DNA of 54,791 nucleotides. Source: Girardia tigrina (lineage: Eukaryota). This document shows, in pieces, positions 12,601 through 24,500 of the stretch. The notes below the pieces were generated by a model. It did not search any database. It saw nothing but the letters and a program-made list of their open reading frames with translations, and was not told where the DNA came from. Numbering within the stretch: position 1 is the stretch's first letter; every line of letters begins with the position of its first letter. Where the stretch lies: assembly GCA_001938485.1 (NCBI GenBank), contig MQRK01237023.1, positions 1 to 54,791 on the forward strand, read 5' to 3'. A program made the position numbers and the translations under genes.

Positions 12601-12855
12601 AGATGAATGACATGTTGATATTCTAACTACACAGGCAATTATTAGAATTCAGAACTGATGATGTCAAAAAGGCTAAACATTTTTTTAGTTAATAAAACTA
12701 TAAAATGGCGTTATTCTCTTTGATTATTAAATCTGTTATTAATTAATCAAAATGTCGAATCAAAGTAAAATGCATTAAATAATAATAAATAAAAATAAGT
12801 TATTATTTTTCAAAAAGTTATAAATAAATTTGAAAACATGTACAACAACAAAAAT

Positions 12856-12861
12856 TTTATT
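12856..12861 (-). promoter_or_regulatory. Candidate polyadenylation signal AATAAA
   Basis: AATAAA on the minus strand about 30 nt after the vav stop. Weak evidence in AT-rich DNA. Confidence 0.35.
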
Positions 12862-12888
12862 CTTAAAAAATATCAATTAAAGACCAGT

Positions 12889-12942
12889 TTAATATGATTT
12901 ATTGTGCGTTCTCTTCACATATTTCTTTGGAATGTACCCACG
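12889..12942 (-). CDS. vav: Vav last exon (RGYIPKKYVKRTHNKSY*)
   Basis: SH3 G..P..YV motif, tttag acceptor, TAA stop. Confidence 0.88.
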   Translation of the reverse strand, partial: RGYIPKKYVKRTHNKSY

Positions 12943-15468
12943 CTAAATAAATTGAAATAATATTAATAATTTAAAAGTAAAATTTATATACAAGGGATAA
13001 AAAGAAGACAGTTGCATATTAATTATAATTAAAAACATAAAGATTTTAAAACATTTACAAAAGTTTAAAATTGTTTTTTAAACAGAAGAAATCTTAAAAT
13101 TGAGCTAATTTTTAAAATAAAAGTTGGTTGTGGTATAACAGAGCTCGGGCAGTAACCAGACTGCAGATCTGTAGCGTTGGTGGAGTGTCTCTAGTTGATA
13201 GAGGGAACTTAATTTTATCTCATTGTTAGATCTAATCTCATCTCTCGTGACGAATGTTCACTGATCTTAATTGACGATTTTCATGCATTTTTTATATCAT
13301 TAATATTGTCTTCCCTTTCTCTCTTGTTGTGTATCACGAGTTTCGCTTCGCCTTCGTCGTCTTTTTTTCTTTGATGGTGATTTCATTCGGTTCAAATCAT
13401 CTCACCGGGACCGATGTCATGAATTAGTGAGATGAACGAACGCGGGATGAATGAACTTGGGAGGAATGGGTTGGAATGAACGAACGGGATACCATTTTTT
13501 TTAATCTCACACTAATTTCATTGTGGATATTAAACTCTTTCCCGATTTTTCAACTGAAGTTTTTTCAACCAAACTGAAGTTGAAAAATCGGGAAAGAGTT
13601 TAATATCCACAATGAAATTAGTGTGAGATTAAAAAAAAGGTATCCCGTTCGTTCATTCCAACCCATTCCTCCCAAGTTCATTCATCCCGCGTTCGTTCAT
13701 CCCCGTTTGGTCATCCTACATTCGTTTATACCAAATTTATTTTAAAGTACCAGCTTTGGTAGATTTACCTTTTTTATTTTTTTAAATTTATTTTTCTTCT
13801 TTTTTTTGTGTAAGATAACATATAAACATGACATTTAAATATAAAATAGTTACACATACATCCTAGAATTTAATTGAAAAAACTTATTTATCTTATAAAA
13901 GAAAGTGAAGTTTAGCAGAGTACAAAAGTGAGCAGGTAAAAGTGTTGGGTATAGGTACAGGTATTATATTTATTTAATAAAAGATCTTTATTTACTGATT
14001 ACTTTTATTCCCAATTTAGTAATTTATTAATTTAGAATTTGTATTTCTTCAAAACCAAATCAAAAGACAACAATTTATCAATATAATAATATTTTAAATC
14101 TATCATAATACAAATAATAAAACTTCACATAAAGAAAGAAACTATAAAAAGATTTATTTAAATAAGCTCATTGACCTTAACATATACCTTATTTAACGTT
14201 TTTTGAGCCGAATCTGTAGGTTGAACTTACACTTCTTAACTCTTGATTATTCTTAATAATTCAACTACTAACATAGATTTAACCCTACGATTAATATACT
14301 GAATAGTTAAGTTCAAATAGGAATCTATTGGAACTTAAAGAAAAATTAAAATCTTGGAAAAAATTAATTAAATATAATAACCTATATTCAATCAAATTAA
14401 ATTATTAAATATAATAAGCTATATCCTTTCCCTATATCCAACACTTCTATCTGCTCACCTTTTTACTCTGCTAAACTTCACTTTCTTTTAGAAGATAAAT
14501 AAGTTTTTTTCAATTAAATTCTAGGATGTATGTGTGTAACTATTTTGTATTTAAATGTCATATTTATATGTTATCTTACACAAAAAAGAAAAAAACAAAA
14601 AAAATAAATTAAAAAAAACAAAAAAGGTAAATTTACCAAAGCTGGTCCTTTAAATTTGGGATAAATGAACGCGGGATGAACGAACGCAGTATGGACGAAC
14701 GGGGATGAACGAACGCGGGATGAACGAACGTGGGATGAACGAACACCAAACCAAGAAAAAAGACAAAGAAGCAATTAATGAAAGAAAATACGAATATGAC
14801 AAGCGTTAGATGTTGATAAATATTAAAAGAGATTTAATAATGGAAAAAAATAAATTATCTTTATTGATGAAAAGGGTTTGATGTCATGTAGAGTTTCGAC
14901 TCTCAAAACTCTTGTGATTTTTAAGTTTTAAAATTTAATCAGATGACGACATTGATTAAAGCTTATTAAAAAAAGGACGAATTTCCTATTATTTTGTGTC
15001 CCAGGATGAGTAAAAATCGATGGAAAGTCTTTCGAGGAAAACCAAATAAAAATGTTTTCCTTTAGGTGAAAGAGACTTTTAATTATATAACTAGCAAAAG
15101 ACCCGTTATATATGAAGGGTGAGCTAAATTTTCGTCTTTGAAAGTTTCTGTTTTATTTATTAAATCGAAATTTTTATCATTTATAATTTCGAATTCGGTT
15201 TTGATACAACAGTCGGTTGACTAGTACGGTTATCGGTCGATTTCGTCGGCCTCCCGGCATCTTTCCGCAAAAGCGCCGAACTGACAAAACCGCCTTGGTG
15301 TATGCTATCCAGATTGAACACGTCTTTATTTGGATTCACACCGGTTCTTCCTCCATTTTATATTTTAGACAAATATAATACATAAAATCAATTTTTATTT
15401 AATGATCTACTTACAATTTTAAGTAGATCATAAAGAGTGACCAACAAACTAACTTACAAACATTTTAG

Positions 15469-15515
<47 letters not shown>

Positions 15516-18500
15516 TATATGGATGTATAGGTAGAATTACTACTAAATAAAAATAACTTTTAAATATTGTCCAATAATTTTTTAGACCTAGTTAGTAAAT
15601 TTTTTAATATAATCTAATTTTTATAATAAAATGACAAAAAATATCATTTTGTTAATATACTAAGATAATTAATGCAATATTTTAATTACAAAAGCACTAA
15701 CAGCATTATTTAAAACTCCGAGAAGCCAGTCACTATTGCTTGTATTTTCTGAAATGATTTTTATGACATCGTTTTTCCTGAAATGTAAAACATTCGCCCG
15801 GTCAGATGAGTCGTTGTCTCTTATTGCCAAAACATCATATAAATAAAATGCTAAATATTAAAATATAATAACAAGTAAAGAAACTAGTAAATATATTAAT
15901 ATTTAATTATCAATTATTAAAAGAAAATTAACATTTATTTATCACATAATAAATAAGATTTTTCTTTAAGCCAGAAAAATATTAAAAATAATTATTTCCG
16001 TAATTAATTTCAATCGATTGTCCAATCGCATGATTAAATTAACATTAATTTAAATCTTAATTTGTGTAATAATGATTTTGTAATGAATAATGTCATCATA
16101 CTATTTGAAAATGTTTAGCAAAGAAGTTGAGGCTTTTGTTTGAATATTAATTTTCTGATTCATTGATCTTATTATTAGTAATGTCTCAAGCAGCAAAATA
16201 GGTAATAGCGCAATGAAGACAGCTCCAAATATCCCGTGAAGCCTGGGATCGATGCTAGTTACATGATAGATGCTGTATGTGCTTTGACTTGCAGTATTCT
16301 CGTATATTTTATGGACATTAGAAGATCAACTGTTATCGATTGTTTTCCTTCCTGACTTCTGATTTTAATTGTAAAATTGTTTTAATTTCGAGAAATTGAA
16401 AATTAAGTTTGTTTACTTGACGAAATTCTTCTTGATTTTGAATAAATTGTAAATTTAAAAAATATCTATCTGATGTAAAAAAGATTGAAAATAATAATTA
16501 AATAAAAATTTAAATTAACATTTAAAAAAAGATAGAATTAAAATGACAAAACTAAAATTTTTGTTTATCGACATAAAATTTATTGTATGGAAATTGACAT
16601 TAAACTTTATCGTTTACTTAATTTATAAAACTGTTGATATTGAAAAAAAAACTGTACTTGGCTGTTAGGATTTTTATGTTGACTTTTTGAGAAGTTTTTC
16701 AAGAGTGTGAAATGAATTTTTGTGTAAAACATTTTGTTGTGATCAAAAAATAAAGGTACGCCGACTTTACCGCGGCGACTTTACCGCAGACGACATTACC
16801 GCTGACGTCTTTACAGCGGGCGACTTTACCGCGGAAAATTTACAACAAAATTGTCAATAAGTGAACAATGTCATCTAAAATATGAATAAAAATTTTTAAT
16901 TATGTTATGATAAAACAATGAATCATACACAGGTTTAATTTTAAAACATAAATGAATAGAAAATTTCAGATCGACATGACATTTAATTATTCTTTTTAAT
17001 ATAAAAAAACAAACAACATACGAAAAATTAGTAAATTCCTAATTTAAAAAATTCAAAAAACATTCTAGAACAAATGAATAACACACCAAAAAAAATTGAT
17101 GTGTAAATAGTAGAAAGATACAAAAACATTAAACTGATATATTAAAGTAAGGTAATAGTAAATATATACTTTAATCCAAAAAGTTTAAATTATGAGCAAC
17201 ACCTCTAAGATAATCTAATATTGGTAAACTAGTAAATAGTAAATAACCCGTCATGTATGACGGGTATAATTATAGAGTTAAAATTTCAAATAAATTTTCA
17301 AAATACGTTTTTTTCTTAAAATTCATTTATTTTCAACATGAATTATTAATTTAATTATCTACTTACAATTGTAAGTATTTTTATACAATACAATGGCATC
17401 ATAGCGTTCTTGATAGAATCAGTAAATCAGTCAGTCAGTCACAAATCAAGACAAATATATATTAATTAATGTATTGCTCAACGACACATTCAATCCTCTC
17501 ACTTACTTTGGCATAAATTTGCGATGAGAATTGTGGGAATTCTTCTATTCTAAAGAGAATTTTAATGCGCTGCAAAATTAGTTCAACAAAATCTTGTTCA
17601 GTACGAAATTGATTTATCAAACTATAAACAGTTGGGTGATAGCGAGCGATAGAATTTTGAAACGCACGATGCCAATTTTCTATTGCATTGTTTGTGCTTG
17701 GTAGATGAGAAATAACGCCGTCATATACATTCCAACACTGAATTGAATATCGAGGACGTAATCTTCGTTCTTCATGAGCACGGCCAATATATGTATCCAC
17801 AAAATATGCAAAGACATCATCGAGTTCTGGATAATCATTGGAAAGATCATGTAAAACAAAAAAGGCAGTGAAAACATCATCCACAGGAACAAATGCTAAG
17901 GCCATTTTTGATTTCAGAATGGTTCTTATTTCATCATTGTTTGAATAGAGATCTGGAAGATTTGATGTTTCTTTTATTTTTTCCAAATTGATTGGTTCCG
18001 ATGAAAAAAAACAGCCTTTAATCCAAGCGATGAGAATAGCCTGCATACGCATCAATCGGATTTCCAGATTTTGAAGTAAAGAATTGAAGATTCATGCTGA
18101 AAAAAGTGAGAGAAAATTTTTTAGAAATTTATAATATTTTAAGGTATATTTTTAAAGGTATATTAACGTAANNNNNNNNNNNNNNNNNNNNNNNNNNNNN
18201 NNNNNNNNNNNNNNNNNNNNNGGAAAATTTTATTATAAATATTACTCCGAGTATATTTTAATAAAGTATTATTCGGTAATAATGGCAAAAAAATATATAA
18301 AAATTAAAAATTTTAAGAAAATTGAATTTATTTAATTATTAATATTATAAATATTATATTATTATTAATATTATATTAATATTATAAATTTTTAATATTT
18401 TTTTCTGAAAAAATCCGCGGTAAAGTCGCCCGCTGTAAAGTCACATGCGGTAAAGTCGCCCGCGGTAATGTCGCCTCACCAAAAATAAAAAATATCTGTT

Positions 18501-21500
18501 TGTTTTAATAATCAATTTTTAGATTAAAAGAAATGTCGTGAGAAAGACTGTATAAAACGTGTACGATAATACATAGTAAAACAGAAATATAGGAACTACG
18601 ACAAAAAGACGCGAACAAAAATGTCGTATGTTAATAACGCTGAATTTAATCATTAAATTAATAATATTAAAATTATTAAATTTAGAATGAATCATTGTTT
18701 TACTAGTTTTAAACCATAAAAATATTTAAATCATTAAGTACCCTAGGCTCCAAATGGGGATCAGTCAATTTTTATTAATTTTATCTGATATTGCATATTA
18801 GTTTAGAAGAAATTTAATCATTATCTACTAGTAAACATGTCGCGATATTACCTCACGTGTTATCTTTCAACTCCGAAAATTAGATGAGACGATATTGAGT
18901 CATTAGTTTCAAAAAGTCTCAGATGACATAGTGGGAAAGAAAAAAGTGTGATACTTAATGGGTTAATACAAAATATTTTAATATCAGTTTTATCAGAGTC
19001 TGTGGATGTAAAAGGAAAATATGAAAAAGTAGGACTCTGGACAACACTCAAAAGTTGCTCTAAAAAGAAATATATATTTTTGAAAGTATGATGATGACTG
19101 ATGAAAGAGTTCTGTAATAATGAAAAATTTGAATCACTTTCTAACACTTAGAAGAGATACAATCGGTTTTTCTCATACGTATATCCATGTTAAAACATTT
19201 GATCAGCTCTTCTTTAAATTTTTTGAATTGTGTGTTGATATTGTGCATGTTTTAATTTGATTCGGAATGTGCCTCTCTTACATAGTTGGATGATTGGTAT
19301 TTTCTTTGATTCCTACTAATTAAAAATAATTTAATTTTAAAGTAAAAAGATTTAAAATAATTTTTGAATGTATTATTTATTTTTGAATGTAATTTAAAAT
19401 TTTAATATATTAATTTAATATGTTCTTTTTTTAAAAAAAATGTTGAGATTTAATTTTAACCAATTAGGTTCTTTATAATTAATATTTTTTATTAACAGAT
19501 TTTCATATATTGAAAATACTTAGTATGAACTCAGAAATATATTGATCATGAAAAATGTCAAATAGTGAATGCGCTTGTGATATTAATAAATGTTGTAAAA
19601 CTCATATTGATGTTGTTAATATCATTAATATTCTTTAACCAATTAAACTTTTTGAAATGTCCAATGATAAATTTATATGTGATAAAGTAAATTTTCATGA
19701 AAATTATTAATTAACATGTCAAAAAGACTTCATACGTGGCAAAACTTCTCGTACGGGAATCACCAACTTAAGATTAGATATATCAAATCTACATAAATAC
19801 TCATTCAGGGGATGCAAAGAAAAGAATTTGACTAATTCCTACAACAATATGTAAAATAAAGTTATAAATTGAAGAAGATCGGTACTCTCAAATCGGAAAA
19901 TTTCATATCTGAATTTACGATAAATTGATCATTTTTGAATTGAATCTCAATGTGTCTAGCTTTTTTGTCCATTACCGAGAGAGCAAAATGTCCATTTCGT
20001 TTGTTAGAATTCGATAGTCGGATCAAAAATGTTCCTGGTGGTGTAATCTTTAACATTTCATTGGCACCATCTCTATCTAGTTCACCAACAAACCTTAATG
20101 TTAAATATATGTTATATTTAAAAGTTATGTAAAAATTTTTTTTATAATTTCCCTAACTGATTATATTAATGTTCTAAATAATTTACATAAAAAAACTGTC
20201 AAGAGTTATATAATTTTATATTTATTCAAATGCATACCATGATTCTTTTGAATAAGACACTGTAGATCCGGTCTAAAAAAATAAATTAATTATAAATTTA
20301 GACTTAAAGATAATGTTAAGCAGTAGCGCGGGAACATTGTAAAAGTTACTGGGGCCAAGGCTTTAACCCACCGTCTTTATAGGCCACGTTTTTGGGAAAA
20401 AGAAAAGAGTGTATAAATGTTTTCTTCATAAAATGTTAGCAATGAAGCCAATGTACACATTATATTAGCACTCAAATGTTTTTTTCCCTTTCTCGGGTTT
20501 TACTAGCAAATGCATTACACAGCATTGAAATATCCAAACTGTCTAATTTGTCCTGATAACATTGAGGTATAGCAAGATGAGTAAGTCTCTTCTGTGTCAT
20601 TGTAGAGCGTGTCCATGTTTTTAATCGCCGTAATTCGCTAAATGAACTCTCCGATGTTGCTGACGTTGCTGGCACCGTAAGGATTAAATGAATTAATTTT
20701 ACAACATCCAAGAATAGACTTAAGAAAGCCTCAGGTTGCGTTTTGAGAAATGAGGCAAGGTTTAAAATAGTGTCAATCCGCTGGTCTTGTTTTAGAAGAT
20801 CAGGGAGCATTTTCAACTGGAGGAGGAGTCAGATGTTTGAAATAAAAATACCGTATAAATTTTTTTAAACATAACATTTACAAAAATTAGCATTCGTACC
20901 GAGTTCGATCAAAATCCGTCTTATAGATCTCAGGAATATCTTCCAACTGACGTTCAACAGATGTTCTCGCAAATGAAGTCATGAGAAGGTTCTCCATTTT
21001 CATGATTGTTGTTATTCCCTCTTGTTCAAAACGACGTCAAAGTTCGTTGACCAGTAAATCGATCGCCTCGTAAAGGTTTTTGAGCTCTTGGTTTTCCCAT
21101 TTATTAATGACAGTAGGAAGAGCGGGTGATTCTGACGATTCAAGCCTGAAATTGATATTGGTGTAGTGTTAATTTACCGAAAAGACAAGTTATTTAATAG
21201 GACGAGTTAAGTACCTCTGGCTTAGACATTCTGCTCTTCTGTGGCACCTTCAGGTCAAGTTTTGTTCCCTTTTCTTTAGCAATATTGGCAAACTTTTCAA
21301 ATTCAATTTCCGATCAAAGCCCCTGTAATTAATGGCTAAATTTTCACAAGGAAAAAAATAGGTTTTTGGCAATGAGTAAGCGCAAATATGTGTTCATTCC
21401 CTTCATTTCTTTTGCAATTGCACAAGCTTTGCGTCTTATCTCCCATCGATTTGTTTTATCATCTGTAATGGCAACAATAGTCTTTAGCATAGCTTCATAT

Positions 21501-24500
21501 TTTTTTAGGACAGAGGTAACAGCTCTTCCACTAACACATCATCTAGTTGGACATAATTGTCTCAATTTAATGTGTCGATAATCGTCATAATACGCCTTTT
21601 CTAAGTCGTTATCGATGCACTCATAGCATGACTGGCGTTTGGCTGATTCTTTGATCAAAATTAACAGTCTCGCGAACAAGTGACAGAGATTTTTCGATAG
21701 ACTTTACCTCTCGAACAGTTTCTTGCAAAACAAGATCAAGGTGATGATTGGCGCAATGCACGAATATCGCTTTAGGTTGTCGGCTTTTAATAATTGATTG
21801 CACACCATGATTAACTCCAGCCATATTTGCTCCCCAATCAAAGCACTGTCCTCTCAAATCTTCCATAGACAATCCAAATCGAGTCATTGTGTCAAGAAGA
21901 CAAGTTGACAGAGTGTCGCTAGTAGTATCTAGAGGGCAATAAAATCCCACAAATGTTTCGTGAATTACAAAATTATCATCATGTCGGAAAGATATTGACA
22001 ACTGTTCCCTTCCGTCACAATCTGCTGTGCCATCCGATATCAAGCTAAACCATTTTGCATTGTCGAATTTCATTTCCTAATTGACGCTGGATTTCGTGCG
22101 CAAACATTTGCAGAATCTCATTTTGGCATGTGTCTGACATCCAGTTGTTTTTCCTTTCAATGCATTGTTTAAGTGTTGGTATGTACGCCGTGTGCATCTT
22201 GAGCAGTTGCATAAAACTGCCAACGTCGTGCAAATGACCTCGCACAGCAATTCCTTGTCTTGCTAAAAGGCAAAAATTAAGAGGTAAAAATTGCATGTAG
22301 AGTGATTCTGACATCATCTTGATTTTTACGACATTCTGCGTTGAGTTGTTCCATTACAGATGTCTTAGCCTGCATTGACAATTTCATAGTTGCTTCCTTG
22401 TGCTGTCCGCAGCTTTCATGCTCAGCAAACATTTGGGTGGCTTTCTTCCAATTGCAGAAGCCGTCATGTAGGAATACAAGCTTCTTGTGTTTTGAAAACG
22501 TTATCAAATGTTTATTTTTCGCTTGAACACAAAAATAGCATCTCATTGTATCCGCACTTGGGTTATAATCCAGCCACTTCCAAGTGTCGAACCAGGAAGA
22601 TTGTGCAGATCGCTTCCCACAACCAGGAAAATCACGTTTAGGAATGATAAAGTCCTTTGGCTGATTGGGTCCATCAGAACTAACTGTTTGTTGAGAACTT
22701 AGTTCAGGTACATCCAATGCATCTTCAGCAATTACTAAACAATTTACATCAGATGTAGAGTCTTCGTTAACCTCAACACTACAGTCTTGAGATAAGTCGG
22801 GCTCACACTTCTTTCGCTTTAAATTAGAACCAACCAATAAATCTATCAGCCTTTTCTGTTTACTCATTCAATATGTTATAATTTCGTGGAACTGATTTTG
22901 CAAATTACATGATACGAGAAGTTTAAAAATACAAAATATTTTCTAGTGTGCATAAGAATAGATGTGAAGGGGAGAGTATGTGTCTACTATTTACATGAGA
23001 GTGTGTGTGAATGGGGTGTGTGACATGGAGTTATTTGGATATGTGACTCACATAATGTGAGTTATAATGGAGAGAGAAAAGAAAATGTTCTAGAATATTT
23101 ATCGATATGTTGGGTCTATTAGAAAATGAATAGCTGAATACCATTTTGAGAGTGGCTGAGTGGATGTCTAAATATTAGTGAGTAAATGAGAGGAGATGAC
23201 ATAGGCGGTATGTGTCTACTGCGTGTAGATTTGACATGTGAGTAAGTATATGGTGTTTACTGTTTGAGAGAGAAAGAAGACAGATAAGAATGGTATTGCA
23301 GTTACTTGCATGCTTGTGAAACAGCTGGAACTTACTGGGCAAAACATATACTTCGCCCCCTGTCACATAAAGCTACCAGGACGGCCGCCCCTTCACCCCC
23401 TATTTCCAGTGCCACTGATGTTAAGTAAATGCATAGTTTAGGATAATGAAGTATAAAAAGGAAAGATATAATTTGGAATAATATATTTGTAAGTCATAAT
23501 TAAAAAATATATTTTTAATATTATTATTTCTTTAATCTTTTTTAAATAGTCTTAACTACTTAAATTATATATTTTCTTTTGAGATTTGAATGTCTTATAA
23601 ATGAAGAAAAGAGATATTATGAATTTGAGATTGATTTTCAGATTAAATGTTTCTCATTTTATAGCTCAATCGATTTCCAGAATAAACGCAGAGAAATCTT
23701 AAGAGAAATATACAGAAAGAGTAGAAATGACATAGACCCTATATTATAGGGTGTTTAAAAAAACCGCTTTTTAAATATCAACTTAAAACAAATCTCACAT
23801 TTACATTAAAATTATTAAATATAAACTAAAGATTTGTCGCTTTCCAATGGTCTTATTAATGCTGAAATCGATGGCGGGAGTTTCGATCCGTTGTTTGATA
23901 AATCTGATAGTGACGATGGGGACAATTTGTTCGTGGATGAGATTTCGTATGATTTCAGGGATTCTTATTCTTCATCGGAGAATCTGTTAGGGGAGTAGAG
24001 TTGGCGGGAGGACAATATGGAGTGTAATGATGTAGTGCCCTACTTATTTTTGTATATTTTGTTTTGGATTTTATTTTTTTTGTTGTATGGCGTGTTTGTA
24101 ATTTTTGTGAATGTTTGGTCCTGTACAGTCACAGAGTTCTGACCATCAAATGAGAATGCCTGTTGTTTACCAGTTTAATGTTAGCGTGTGTTGTATGATT
24201 TATGATTCTAGAGAATTATGTATAATGGTGTTTGTGCGCGTCGCGTTTTACTCATCATTGTCTTCTAAATGTCTTATGTGAATCTTATTTTTTGATGAAT
24301 GTATTTCTTTTTAATATTATTAACTATTTTTAGTTAATAGTAGGTAATGTAATAACAATTTAATTGTCATTGACCCTTATGATTTATCTAATCATCCTCA
24401 CTAAGATTTTCGACCTACTTAATTCTCATTTCAGATATGTGATCTCCAATATTTTAATACTTATTTAATTTTACTTTTAATTGAAGCGAATTAAATGGAA

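Noticed and set aside
14660-16835. Short 14-15 bp repeat arrays (gatgaacgaacgcgg; gcgactttaccgcg) superficially like CRISPR repeats or iterons
   Set aside because: There are no unique spacers and no cas genes. The arrays are mirrored at element ends as TIR sub-repeats, with a 9-bp TSD for the MULE.
22950-23310. GT/GA-rich LTR-like segment inside the hAT 5' region (similar unexplained GC-richer patches at about 2330-2700 and 50341-50620)
   Set aside because: No TG...CA termini with a matching TSD could be defined.
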